DNA of 64,000 bases from Candidatus Multivoradales bacterium (GTDB lineage: Bacteria > Acidobacteriota > Thermoanaerobaculia > Multivoradales > JAHEKO01), in contig CBDCVR010000014.1 of NCBI GenBank assembly GCA_965223155.1, positions 192,001-256,000 on the forward strand, in the 5' to 3' direction. The first letter of the stretch is position 1, and the number at the start of each line of letters is the position of its first letter. Below the pieces are notes generated by a model that ran no database searches, was not told the DNA's origin, and was given only the letters and a program-made list of their open reading frames with translations. Below, piece by piece: positions 47,693 through 56,172 of this stretch. The translations under genes were made by a program, and so were the position numbers.

Positions 47693-48480
47693 CCGCGGAC
47701 GAAATCCGGCAGTCGGCTCCAGCCCGGGAGCCCATGCTGGAGGTCAAGGACCTGTCCATCTACTACGGCGACAAGCGGGTGCTCGACCGCGCTTCGTTCG
47801 AGGTGTACGAGCACGAGATCTTCGGCATCATCGGCCCCGCCAACAGCGGCAAGACCTCCTTCCTGCGAGCCCTCAACCGCATGGAGCTCTTCACGCCGCG
47901 AATGCGCATCGAGGGGACCATCCGGCTCGACGGACGCGACATCACGAGCTGGAGAAACGTCTACGCCTACCGGCGCCAGATCGGAGTGGTCTTTCCGCTG
48001 CCGGTTGGCCTCCCTCTGTCGGTCTACGACAACGTCGCCCTGGCTCCACGCCTGGCCGGCATCAAGAAACGGGCCGAGCTCGACGTCATCGTCGAGCGCT
48101 GCCTGACCCGGGCGGCTCTCTGGGACGAAGTCAAAGACCGGCTAGACGCCCTCGGCAGCCTGTTGTCCGGCGGCCAGCAGCAGCGCTTGACCATCGCGCG
48201 GGCTCTGTCCCAAGACCCGGATCTGTTGCTGCTGGATGAGTTCTCGATCGCGGTCGACCCGGTGACCACGATGCGTATCGAAGAGGTCCTGAAGGAGCTC
48301 CGTGACGAGATCACCATCGTCCTGGTCACCAATCTGGTCCAGCAAACCCGGCGGTTGGCAGACCGCACGGCCTTCTTCCTATCCGGGGACCTGGTCGAGG
48401 TCGGCGAGACCGCCGCCCTCTTCGAAGGCAAGGTGCGGGACCAGCGCACCAGCGACTACCTGGAGGGCAAGTTTGGCTGA
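47686..48480 (+). CDS. pstB: Phosphate ABC transporter ATPase with degenerate Q-loop and H-switch
   Basis: GPANSGKT, intact LSGGQQQRL, LLLDE; VFPLP instead of VFQxP and VTNL instead of VTHN; ends YLEGKFG. Confidence 0.88.
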   Translation: MVAADEIRQSAPAREPMLEVKDLSIYYGDKRVLDRASFEVYEHEIFGIIGPANSGKTSFLRALNRMELFTPRMRIEGTIRLDGRDITSWRNVYAYRRQIGVVFPLPVGLPLSVYDNVALAPRLAGIKKRAELDVIVERCLTRAALWDEVKDRLDALGSLLSGGQQQRLTIARALSQDPDLLLLDEFSIAVDPVTTMRIEEVLKELRDEITIVLVTNLVQQTRRLADRTAFFLSGDLVEVGETAALFEGKVRDQRTSDYLEGKFG

Positions 48481-49279
48481 CGCCCTCCAGACCGCCGCCG
48501 CCGAGACGGATTCCGTGCCCGCCATCCGCACCGAGGAGCTGAACCTCTGGTACGGCACGTTCCAGGCGCTGTTCGATCTCGACCTCGAGATCAAGCAGGG
48601 CCTCATCACCTCCCTCATCGGTCCCTCCGGCTGCGGCAAGTCCACCTTCCTGCGCAGCGTCAACCGCATCACCGAGCGACTCGGCTACGTGCGTACGACC
48701 GGCCGTATCGAGGTGCTGGGGCACGACATCGTCGGTGCCGACGCTGAGCTGGTCCAGGTTCGCAAGGAGGTAGGCATGGTCTTTCAAAGACCCAATCCCC
48801 TGCCCCTTTCGATCCGCGACAACGTGCTCTTCGGGTACCGCCTGCACGAGCCGGCGGCCCGGCGCTTGTCGGCCAGGCAAGCCGACGAGATCGTCGAGAA
48901 GGCCCTGCGCGAGGTGCTGCTCTGGGACGAGGTCAAGGACCGGCTGGGCCGCAACGCCATCGAACTGTCTCTCGAAGCCCAGCAGAAGCTCTGCATCGCC
49001 CGGCTGCTGCCGGTCAAGCCCGAGGTGCTGCTGATGGACGAGCCCTGCTCCGCTCTCGATCCCGCCGGCACCGAAGCGGTCGAGGAGCTCCTCTGGCGCC
49101 TGGCCGGCAAGTACACCATCCTGATCGTGACCCACAACATGGCTCAGGCTCGGAGAGCCAGCCACGAGTGTATCTTCATGCTCCTGGGCCGGGTCATCGA
49201 GCACGGCCTGACCGAAGACGTCTTTCTGGCGCCGGAAAGTCAGAAGACCGCGGACTACATCGAAGGCCGGTACGGCTAG
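48473..49279 (+). CDS. pstB: Phosphate ABC transporter ATPase with degenerate signature motif
   Basis: GPSGCGKST, VFQRPNP, MDEPCSALDP and VTHNM intact; signature reads LSLEAQQKL; ends YIEGRYG. TTG start assumed. Confidence 0.9.
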   Translation: MADALQTAAAETDSVPAIRTEELNLWYGTFQALFDLDLEIKQGLITSLIGPSGCGKSTFLRSVNRITERLGYVRTTGRIEVLGHDIVGADAELVQVRKEVGMVFQRPNPLPLSIRDNVLFGYRLHEPAARRLSARQADEIVEKALREVLLWDEVKDRLGRNAIELSLEAQQKLCIARLLPVKPEVLLMDEPCSALDPAGTEAVEELLWRLAGKYTILIVTHNMAQARRASHECIFMLLGRVIEHGLTEDVFLAPESQKTADYIEGRYG

Positions 49280-49995
49280 CCGGCTTTTCTCACGGCCGTT
49301 GCCAGCTCGCGTCGCCGCGCCACGACGAATGGCAGATACCAGGCCGCGAAGAACAGCCAGGCGACGCCCAAGCCGATCACCAGATACCAGGGCCAGGGAC
49401 CCAGATAGTCCAGGAGCGACGCTCCGGCGGGCTTCCTGACCAGGTACATGTGATTCGTGCCCAGGAGAAGATTCAGCGGCAAGAGCAGCGCCGCGTAGCC
49501 GGCGGTGGCCAGCCAGGCCTTGCCGACCGAGCCCCACCGGGGCCGGAAACCGAAGACAAAGGTCGCGTAGAGCACCGCCAGGATCAGGGCGGCGTGCCCA
49601 AGGATGAAGTTCAGAAACTCGGGATGAGGGAACCCGAAGCGGATGTCCGGCGTGAGCAGCGCCTGAAGCGTACCCGCCATGCACCAAAAGTACGCCACCT
49701 CGTAGACGGCGTAGCTCCGCCGCCAGAGCATCCAGCCGCAGAGGTAGTACAGGAGGCCGCAGAGATGAAACGGCAGGACTTCGAGCAGCGGGCGCCCGGC
49801 GACGAGCCATTGGTGGACCATCCAGACGGTTCGATAGGCGACCAGGGCCACCGCCAGGACGAGCGCGCTTCGACGGGCGGCCGCCGGCGACTGGGACCGC
49901 GCCGCCCAGGCAAGTCCGATGCAGGCAGCCAGGGCAACCGCCACCGTCCCCAGGTGCCCCGATCCAAAGAGGACAAAGGGAGGGTGCTGGGGCAT
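49276..49995 (-). CDS. YwaF/TIGR02206-family membrane protein
   Basis: FVLFGSGH, LPFHLC, QALLTPD, NHMYL and SLLDYLGPWPWY motifs. Confidence 0.85.
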   Translation of the reverse strand: MPQHPPFVLFGSGHLGTVAVALAACIGLAWAARSQSPAAARRSALVLAVALVAYRTVWMVHQWLVAGRPLLEVLPFHLCGLLYYLCGWMLWRRSYAVYEVAYFWCMAGTLQALLTPDIRFGFPHPEFLNFILGHAALILAVLYATFVFGFRPRWGSVGKAWLATAGYAALLLPLNLLLGTNHMYLVRKPAGASLLDYLGPWPWYLVIGLGVAWLFFAAWYLPFVVARRRELATAVRKAG

Positions 49996-50006
49996 TTCCG
50001 GATCGC

Positions 50007-50534
50007 CTAGTCGAGCACGACCGAGGCCGCGGGATCCCGTTCGTAGATCGTCTCGGGACGCGTCTCCCAGATCCCGTCCCGCAGCATCCGCGTTCGCACC
50101 CGCAGACGGCCGTCGGCGAGGACCTCCTGGGTCGCCTCGACCTCGGTAACGCCGCCGGCGTGTCCCTGCACCGCTTCCCGGCTGGTCAACTTGCCGTTGT
50201 CGAACTCCATGGTGCCCTCGGTGAAAAATCCCGCGTTGGTGAAGTAGTAGTACACCAGACTCTCGCGCGCCGGGCTCCACACCACGAAGGTCTCGCCGCC
50301 ATAGGCTCCATCGCCAACCGAATGCCGGATGCGGACGGCGTGGCCGGAGAGCGTCCAGTCCCAGCGGGCGACGTCGTAGGTCCCCTTTTCGGGATCCACG
50401 AGGGCCTTCCAGGTCGCGCCGACGAACGGCTCGAAACCGTCCAGGGACGAATGGGGCTCGGCGGCGAGCACGGTGCCCGCGCCACCCGCGCTCAGGAGCA
50501 GAGCCGCGGCGAGAGTCCCCAGGACACGACGCAT
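50007..50534 (-). CDS. Hypothetical secreted protein
   Basis: Signal peptide followed by a beta-strand-rich body. Confidence 0.7.
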   Translation of the reverse strand: MRRVLGTLAAALLLSAGGAGTVLAAEPHSSLDGFEPFVGATWKALVDPEKGTYDVARWDWTLSGHAVRIRHSVGDGAYGGETFVVWSPARESLVYYYFTNAGFFTEGTMEFDNGKLTSREAVQGHAGGVTEVEATQEVLADGRLRVRTRMLRDGIWETRPETIYERDPAASVVLD

Positions 50535-50650
50535 GGCTGCATTCTAGCCGTCCGGCCCCATGCCCTCGCCAGGCTCCCTGCGCCAGCGCTCCGCGGACCC
50601 GGCCCGTAGGTTGCCGGCAAACCACCCGAGGACTCCGACCGTATGATGAA

Positions 50651-50682
50651 ATGAACGGCCGTTGATATGAACGCGCAGTCAT
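50651..50682. promoter_or_regulatory. ArsR/SmtB-type operator(s) at the arsR start
   Basis: ATGAA-CGGCCG-TTGAT (50651-50666) matches ATCAA-N6-TTGAT at 9 of 10 positions. A weaker copy ATGAA-N6-GTCAT overlaps the ATG. TATGAT at 50642. Confidence 0.65.
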
Positions 50683-51026
50683 CCAAGAACGCTTCCCCTT
50701 CCGGCCCTTCCGGCCCTTCCGGCCCTTCCGGCCCGTCCTGCGCCTCCCGGCTCAAGGTTCTCTCGGACCCGACGCGGCTCAAGGTGGTTCAGACGCTCCT
50801 GGAGGAGACCCTGCACGTCGGCGAGCTCCAGCAACGCCTCGAGATCGAGCAGAGCCTCCTCTCCCACCACTTGCGGGTCTTGCGCGAGGCGGGTCTCGTC
50901 CACGCCGAGCGCGACGGCAAGGCGGTCCTCTACCGGGTCGCGCCTGAAGCCGTGGTCGAGTCCCGGGGCGCCGCGATCGACCTGGGTTGTTGCGTCTTGT
51001 CCTTCGACGAGGAGGCAGGCTCGTGA
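50667..51026 (+). CDS. ArsR/SmtB-family repressor with an N-terminal Cys and a C-terminal Cys-Cys pair
   Basis: LKVLSDPTRL, QSLLSHHLRVLREAGLV...DGKAVLY; SCAS and DLGCC. Confidence 0.9.
   Translation: MNAQSSKNASPSGPSGPSGPSGPSCASRLKVLSDPTRLKVVQTLLEETLHVGELQQRLEIEQSLLSHHLRVLREAGLVHAERDGKAVLYRVAPEAVVESRGAAIDLGCCVLSFDEEAGS
50697..50732. repeat. Perfect 9-bp tandem repeat (CCTTCCGGC)x4 in the arsR 5' end
   Basis: Read directly; encodes PSG x4. Confidence 0.9.
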
Positions 51027-51904
51027 TCGGCTCGCGACTGCGCCGGTCCCTGGCGGCCGCCGCTCTTACGGTAGCCGGAGCCGGAACCTGGGCCTGCGCG
51101 CCCCGCGGCGGCGAAGCGTCGGCGGGCGAGCTTGCGGGCAAGCTGGTCCTGACCGGATCGAGCACGGTGGCGCCGCTCGCCGCCGAGATCGGTAAGCGCT
51201 TCGAGCAGCGCTACCCGGGCACGCGCGTCGAAGTGCAGACCGGGGGATCGTCCCGAGGGATCGCCGACACCAGGAACGGCATCGCGGACTTCGGCATGGC
51301 GTCGCGGGCGCTCGCCGACAGCGAACGCGACCTCGAGGCCTACACCATCGCCCGGGACGGCATCGCGGTCATCGTCCACGCTTCGAACCCCGCCGCAGAA
51401 CTGGACCGGGAACAACTCGCCGCGATCTATCGCGGCTCGATCACCAACTGGTCCACTCTCGGAGGCGCGTCCGAGCCGGTCACGGTCGTCACCAAGGCTT
51501 CGGGTCGCGCGACCCTGGACGTGTTCCTGAGCTACCTCGGGATGACCGAGCCCGAGATCGAGGCCGAGGTCGTGATCGGCGACAACCAGCAGGGCATCAA
51601 GACCGTGGCCGCGGTGCCGGGCGCCATCGGCTACGTCTCGATCGGGGTCTCCGAGGCGGCGATCGCTGCCGGCGAGCCCATCCGCATGCTGGCAACGGGA
51701 CCGGTTTCGCCAACCGCCGCCAACGTCGCCGCGGGCAGCTTTCCCATCACCCGGCCACTCAATTTGCTCCACCGCAACGACGATCCGCTGAGTCCCCTCG
51801 AGCTGGCCTTTCTGGACTTCGCCACCTCGGGGGAGGTCGACGACCTGGTGACCTCCCTGGGCTTCGTACCCCCGATGCCTCCGGCGACTCTGGTGCCTCT
51901 CTGA
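51023..51904 (+). CDS. pstS: Second PstS-family substrate-binding lipoprotein
   Basis: TGSSTV, TGGSSRG, MASR, AIGYVS and FPITRPL motifs; GTGA overlap with arsR. Confidence 0.85.
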   Translation: MIGSRLRRSLAAAALTVAGAGTWACAPRGGEASAGELAGKLVLTGSSTVAPLAAEIGKRFEQRYPGTRVEVQTGGSSRGIADTRNGIADFGMASRALADSERDLEAYTIARDGIAVIVHASNPAAELDREQLAAIYRGSITNWSTLGGASEPVTVVTKASGRATLDVFLSYLGMTEPEIEAEVVIGDNQQGIKTVAAVPGAIGYVSIGVSEAAIAAGEPIRMLATGPVSPTAANVAAGSFPITRPLNLLHRNDDPLSPLELAFLDFATSGEVDDLVTSLGFVPPMPPATLVPL

Positions 51905-51906
51905 GC

Positions 51907-52761
51907 TTGCCGGCACGCGGCGACCGGATTCTGAGCGGGGTCTTGGGCCTCGCGGCGGCGGCGACCGGCTCGATCGTCTGCCTCATCCTGCTCTTTCTGG
52001 CGGCGGGCTCCTGGGATGCGCTGGTGACCGTCGGTCCCTGGCGCTTTCTTGCCGATGACGGCTGGTTCCCCGCCGCCGCCTCGGCACGCTTCGGGCTGGT
52101 CCCGATGCTGGTCGCCACCGCTCTGCTCGCAGTCGGCGCGATCGCGATTGCCGCTCCCGCCGGTGTCGCGGTGGCGGTCTACGGCCACTTCTTGGCGCCG
52201 CGGCCACTCGCCACCGTCATCCGGCGCACCGTCGAGATCCTGGCCGGCGTTCCCTCGGTCGTCTTCGGCTTCTGGGGCCTGGTGACCGTCGTCCCGATCC
52301 TGCAGCGAATTCAGCCGCCGGGACAGAGCCTGGCCGCCGGCGTTCTGATCCTGGCCCTCATGATCCTGCCCACGGTCGCCCTCATGACCGAGGCGGCCTT
52401 CCGAGCGCAGCCTCCGGAGCTGGCCGCGGCCGGGGAGGCCCTGGGCCTCGGCCGGTGGACGCAGATCCGGGGAGTCGCTTTGCCGGTGGCAGTGCCGGGC
52501 ATCGCCAGCGCCCTGCTCCTCGCCACGGCGCGCGCCCTCGGGGAGACCATGGCGGTCCTGATGGTCTGCGGCAACGTCGTCCAGCTCCCCTCGAGCCTCT
52601 TTGATCCCGTCCGGTCGCTCACCGCCAACATCGCGCTCGAGATGGCCTACGCCACCACCCATCATCGCTCGGCTCTGTTCGTCTGCGGACTGGCCTTGCT
52701 GGGCGCGGTGGCGGCACTATTGGCCACCGCCGAACGCTTCGGAGGGACCCGCCACGCCTGA
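51907..52761 (+). CDS. pstC: Second phosphate ABC permease
   Basis: EILAGVPSVVFG, RALGETMAV and LTANIALEM motifs. Confidence 0.9.
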   Translation: MPARGDRILSGVLGLAAAATGSIVCLILLFLAAGSWDALVTVGPWRFLADDGWFPAAASARFGLVPMLVATALLAVGAIAIAAPAGVAVAVYGHFLAPRPLATVIRRTVEILAGVPSVVFGFWGLVTVVPILQRIQPPGQSLAAGVLILALMILPTVALMTEAAFRAQPPELAAAGEALGLGRWTQIRGVALPVAVPGIASALLLATARALGETMAVLMVCGNVVQLPSSLFDPVRSLTANIALEMAYATTHHRSALFVCGLALLGAVAALLATAERFGGTRHA

Positions 52762-53635
52762 TCGCACCCTGCCCCGCTCGGCTGGCAGAGGCATCGAGCC
52801 CTGGATTGTCGCCGCCCTCGGCGCGGTTGCGTTCCTGGTGGTGGCGACCTTCGGCTGGATCCTCGTGGACTTGATCCTGGCCGGTGCGGCGCAGCTTGAC
52901 TGGAACTACTTGACCGGCGAGCCTCTCGACGCCGGCCGCCGCGGCGGCATCGGTCCGATCATCGTGTCCACCCTGGCGATCCTAGCCGTCTGCCTGGCCG
53001 TCGCCGTCCCGCTCGGCCTGGGCTCGGCGGCTTTCCTGGCCGAGGTGGCGCGCCGCGACGGTTCGCTGGGGCGCTGGATCCGGCGCGCGCTGGACCTATT
53101 GGCCGCCGTTCCCTCGATCGTATTCGGCCTCTTCGGCAGCATCTTCTTCTGCGACTTCCTGGGGCTGGGTTTTTCCATCCTGGCGGGCGGACTGACCCTG
53201 GCCTGCATGGTCCTTCCGATCTTGGTCCGCACCCTGGAGACCGGATTCCGGTCGGCGCCCGACGAGCTGCGCCTCGCGGCGAGCGCCTTGGGGTTGTCAC
53301 GCGCGGCAACGCTCCGGCATCTCCTCATGCCCGCCGCCCGACCGAGCTTGATCGTCGGGCTGGTGTTGGGCATCGGACGGGCCCTGGCCGAGACCGCGGC
53401 TCTTCTCTTTACTAGCGGCTATGTCCCGCGAATGCCGTCCTCGGTCCTCGACTCCGGCCGCTCGCTCTCGGTGCACATCTACGACCTTGCCATGAACGTC
53501 CCGGGGGGCGAGCCCAGGGCCTACGCCGCGGCATTGGTCCTCATCGTCCTGGTGGCGGCCGTCAACTCGCTGGCGTCAGCCCTGACGGTCCGTTGGGTCG
53601 GCTCGAGCCAGAGCCGAGCAGAGGCCGTCAGGTGA
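52754..53635 (+). CDS. pstA: Second phosphate ABC permease (start codon appears to be ACG)
   Basis: GGIGPIIVST, LAAVPSIVFG and RALAETAAL motifs. GGAGG lies 8 nt before an in-frame ACG; next in-frame GTG is at 52838. Confidence 0.85.
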   Translation, partial: TPDRTLPRSAGRGIEPWIVAALGAVAFLVVATFGWILVDLILAGAAQLDWNYLTGEPLDAGRRGGIGPIIVSTLAILAVCLAVAVPLGLGSAAFLAEVARRDGSLGRWIRRALDLLAAVPSIVFGLFGSIFFCDFLGLGFSILAGGLTLACMVLPILVRTLETGFRSAPDELRLAASALGLSRAATLRHLLMPAARPSLIVGLVLGIGRALAETAALLFTSGYVPRMPSSVLDSGRSLSVHIYDLAMNVPGGEPRAYAAALVLIVLVAAVNSLASALTVRWVGSSQSRAEAVR

Positions 53636-54438
53636 CCGGCAGTCCGGCCGAGCCCGGCCGCGACCAGAGCGGCGGCTGCGCCCTAGAGGTCCGCGACCTC
53701 GCGGTCTCTTACGGCGCACAGCGGGCACTCGAGGGCATCGACCTGGACGCTGCGCCGGGCTCGATCACCGCTCTCGTCGGCCCGTCGGGCTGCGGCAAGA
53801 GCTCATTTCTCCAGGCTCTGAATCGACTCACGGATCTCATCCCGGGATGCACGGTCGAGGGCTCGGTGCGCGTCGACGGCACCGAGATCCTGACCGAATC
53901 CTGCGACCTGCGGACCCTGCGCCGCAGGATCGGCATGATCTTCCAGAGGCCCAACCCGTTTCCGCTCTCGATTCGAAAGAACTTCACCCTCCCCTTGCGG
54001 GAGCACGGGGTCCGAGATCCGGTCCAGATCCAGGAGCGCATCCAGGACGCGCTTCGAGCCGTGGGCCTCTGGGATGAGGTCTCGGATCGCCTGGACAGCC
54101 GTGCCGACACCCTCTCGGGAGGCCAGCAGCAGCGTCTGTGCCTGGCCCGGGCGCTGGTGCTGGAACCTGAGATGGTTCTCCTGGACGAGCCCTGCTCGGC
54201 TCTGGATCCGCTCGCGGCCGGCGTCGTCGAGGACCTGATCGCTTCGCTCCGAGGGCGGTACACCGTGGTGATCGTCACCCACAATCTGTCGCAGGCCCGG
54301 CGTCTGGCCGACCGCGCCGCGCTCTTCTGGCTGGTTGAGGGCGCCGGACGCCTGGTGGAAGAACGCGACACCGAAACCTTCTTCAGCCAGCCACGGCACC
54401 GGCTCACCCGGGACTACGTCGCCGGCGTCCGCGGCTGA
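53632..54438 (+). CDS. pstB: Third PstB ATPase, all motifs canonical
   Basis: GPSGCGKS, IFQRPNPF, LSGGQQQRL, LDEPCSALDP, VTHN. Confidence 0.92.
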   Translation: MTGSPAEPGRDQSGGCALEVRDLAVSYGAQRALEGIDLDAAPGSITALVGPSGCGKSSFLQALNRLTDLIPGCTVEGSVRVDGTEILTESCDLRTLRRRIGMIFQRPNPFPLSIRKNFTLPLREHGVRDPVQIQERIQDALRAVGLWDEVSDRLDSRADTLSGGQQQRLCLARALVLEPEMVLLDEPCSALDPLAAGVVEDLIASLRGRYTVVIVTHNLSQARRLADRAALFWLVEGAGRLVEERDTETFFSQPRHRLTRDYVAGVRG

Positions 54439-54487
54439 GACCGGCGTCCGGAACGTCGAGACCCAGACTCGGCTGTAGACTTCGAAC

Positions 54488-55171
54488 GTGCTGCGACGCT
54501 TTGCCGTGCTGGTGGCGCTGGGCGCCCTTGGACTCCTGACCTGGCAGATCCTGACCTGGCCCGACGTGGCCAAGCTGGCGCGGGAGAATCCCGAAACGAG
54601 CGCCTTCCTTGAGCGGCATCGCCGCGCCTCGGGCTCCGAGCCGGACTGGAAGTGGACGTCCTACGACGCCATCGCCAACCCGCTCAAGCATGCGGTCCTG
54701 GTGGCCGAGGACATCAATTTCTTCAGCCACGACGGCTTCGACCTGGACGAGATGGAAACCGCTGTGCGCCAGGCTCTCGAAGAGGGCAAGTCGCTCCGGG
54801 GTGCCTCGACCATCACCCAGCAGCTCGCCAAGAACCTGTGGCTGTCGCCCTCGCGCAATCCCTGGCGGAAGATCAAGGAAGTCCTGCTGACGCGCCAGCT
54901 CGAGCGGCACCTGCCGAAGCGCCGGATCCTGGAGCTCTATCTCAACCTGGCCCAGTTCGGCCCGGACGTGTTCGGCGCCGAGGCGGCGTCGCGGCGCTTC
55001 TTCAAGCGGCCTGCCTCGCGGCTCTCCGAACACCAGGCCGCGATGCTCGCCGCCGGCCTGTCCCGGCCCAGCCGCTGGAACCCCCCCAGCACGAGCAGCG
55101 GCTACCAGCGCAGGGTCGAGCTCATCCGGCGACGGATGCAGCGCTCCGGCTGGATCCAGGGCGAGCTCTAG
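54488..55171 (+). CDS. mtgA: Monofunctional peptidoglycan transglycosylase
   Basis: AEDINFFSHDGFD, RGASTITQQLAKNL, RKIKE and ILELYLN motifs. Confidence 0.93.
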   Translation: MLRRFAVLVALGALGLLTWQILTWPDVAKLARENPETSAFLERHRRASGSEPDWKWTSYDAIANPLKHAVLVAEDINFFSHDGFDLDEMETAVRQALEEGKSLRGASTITQQLAKNLWLSPSRNPWRKIKEVLLTRQLERHLPKRRILELYLNLAQFGPDVFGAEAASRRFFKRPASRLSEHQAAMLAAGLSRPSRWNPPSTSSGYQRRVELIRRRMQRSGWIQGEL

Positions 55172-55305
55172 GCAGTCTCGGAACCGGGAACGCGCAAGCT
55201 GGGAGAAGCCCCGCGTCTTGAGCGGCGCTAGCTTCGGTGCAAGCAACAACTCGGTCCTAGCGGGCGGGCCCGCTCGCAGCCCACTGCAACCAGAGGAGCC
55301 ATGTC

Positions 55306-56163
55306 ATGAGGCAACCCAGCGCAGCAATCATCGCCACGGCTATCGCCGGCTTTCTCGTGATCTGCCCGGCCGGCACCACCCAGGCTGCCGAGGACGATCA
55401 TCTCAAGGCAGCAATCGAAGTCATCGACGAGTTCCAGACGCCGGGGCTCGAGGCGGAGCTTTCCGGCATCTATCCGCACCCGACCGACGAGAATCTCTAC
55501 TATGTCGTCGCCAACCTGAAGCCGCCGTATCGATACGGCCAGGAGCCCAAGTTGCCCGAGGAGTACCGGGGTAAGCTGCTGACCGTGGACCGGGATGGCA
55601 CGGTCCTGCGCGCGGTCCCGATCGCCGACGACGACTTCGGCGGGCTGGCCTTCGCCGAGGGGCGCCTCTATGTCGCTCTTACCAACGGCGCCGAGATCCG
55701 GCGGATCGATCCCGAGACCGGCGCCACCGACCAAAGGATTCCGCTACCTTCGCCGGCGGGCGGCCTCGGCTACGACGCCGAGCGCGGCGTGATGATCGCC
55801 CAGCTCTACGTCGGCCACCCGAATCTGGCCGTCATCAACCTCGAGACGGGCTCCGTTGTCGAAACGCTCTGGTCGGACGAGAGTGCCATGGGCCTGGCCA
55901 AGATCGACGGCGACTGGCTCTGCACCTGGGCCAGCGGCTGGGATCCCGGGTCCTTCAGCGAGTTGCGCGTACTGGACCAGTCCACGGGCAAAGTGCGGTC
56001 CCGCGTCAAGCTGGACGGGGTCCACTCCTCGCTCGCGCCCGCCCGGCTGGAATCCGGCCGCGCCGCCTTCATGAGCCTGGTGACGACGGACAGCTATACC
56101 GGTGAGACCGTGATCCGCCGGTACGGCTACGTCGGCGAAACGCGGACGGCGGCACTCAACTAG
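55306..56163 (+). CDS. Secreted beta-propeller-like hypothetical protein
   Basis: Signal peptide; repeated blade-like units (GGLAF, IDPETG, GGLGYD, INLETG, LDQSTG); GAGGAG RBS. Confidence 0.7.
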   Translation: MRQPSAAIIATAIAGFLVICPAGTTQAAEDDHLKAAIEVIDEFQTPGLEAELSGIYPHPTDENLYYVVANLKPPYRYGQEPKLPEEYRGKLLTVDRDGTVLRAVPIADDDFGGLAFAEGRLYVALTNGAEIRRIDPETGATDQRIPLPSPAGGLGYDAERGVMIAQLYVGHPNLAVINLETGSVVETLWSDESAMGLAKIDGDWLCTWASGWDPGSFSELRVLDQSTGKVRSRVKLDGVHSSLAPARLESGRAAFMSLVTTDSYTGETVIRRYGYVGETRTAALN

Positions 56164-56172
56164 CACCGCTCC

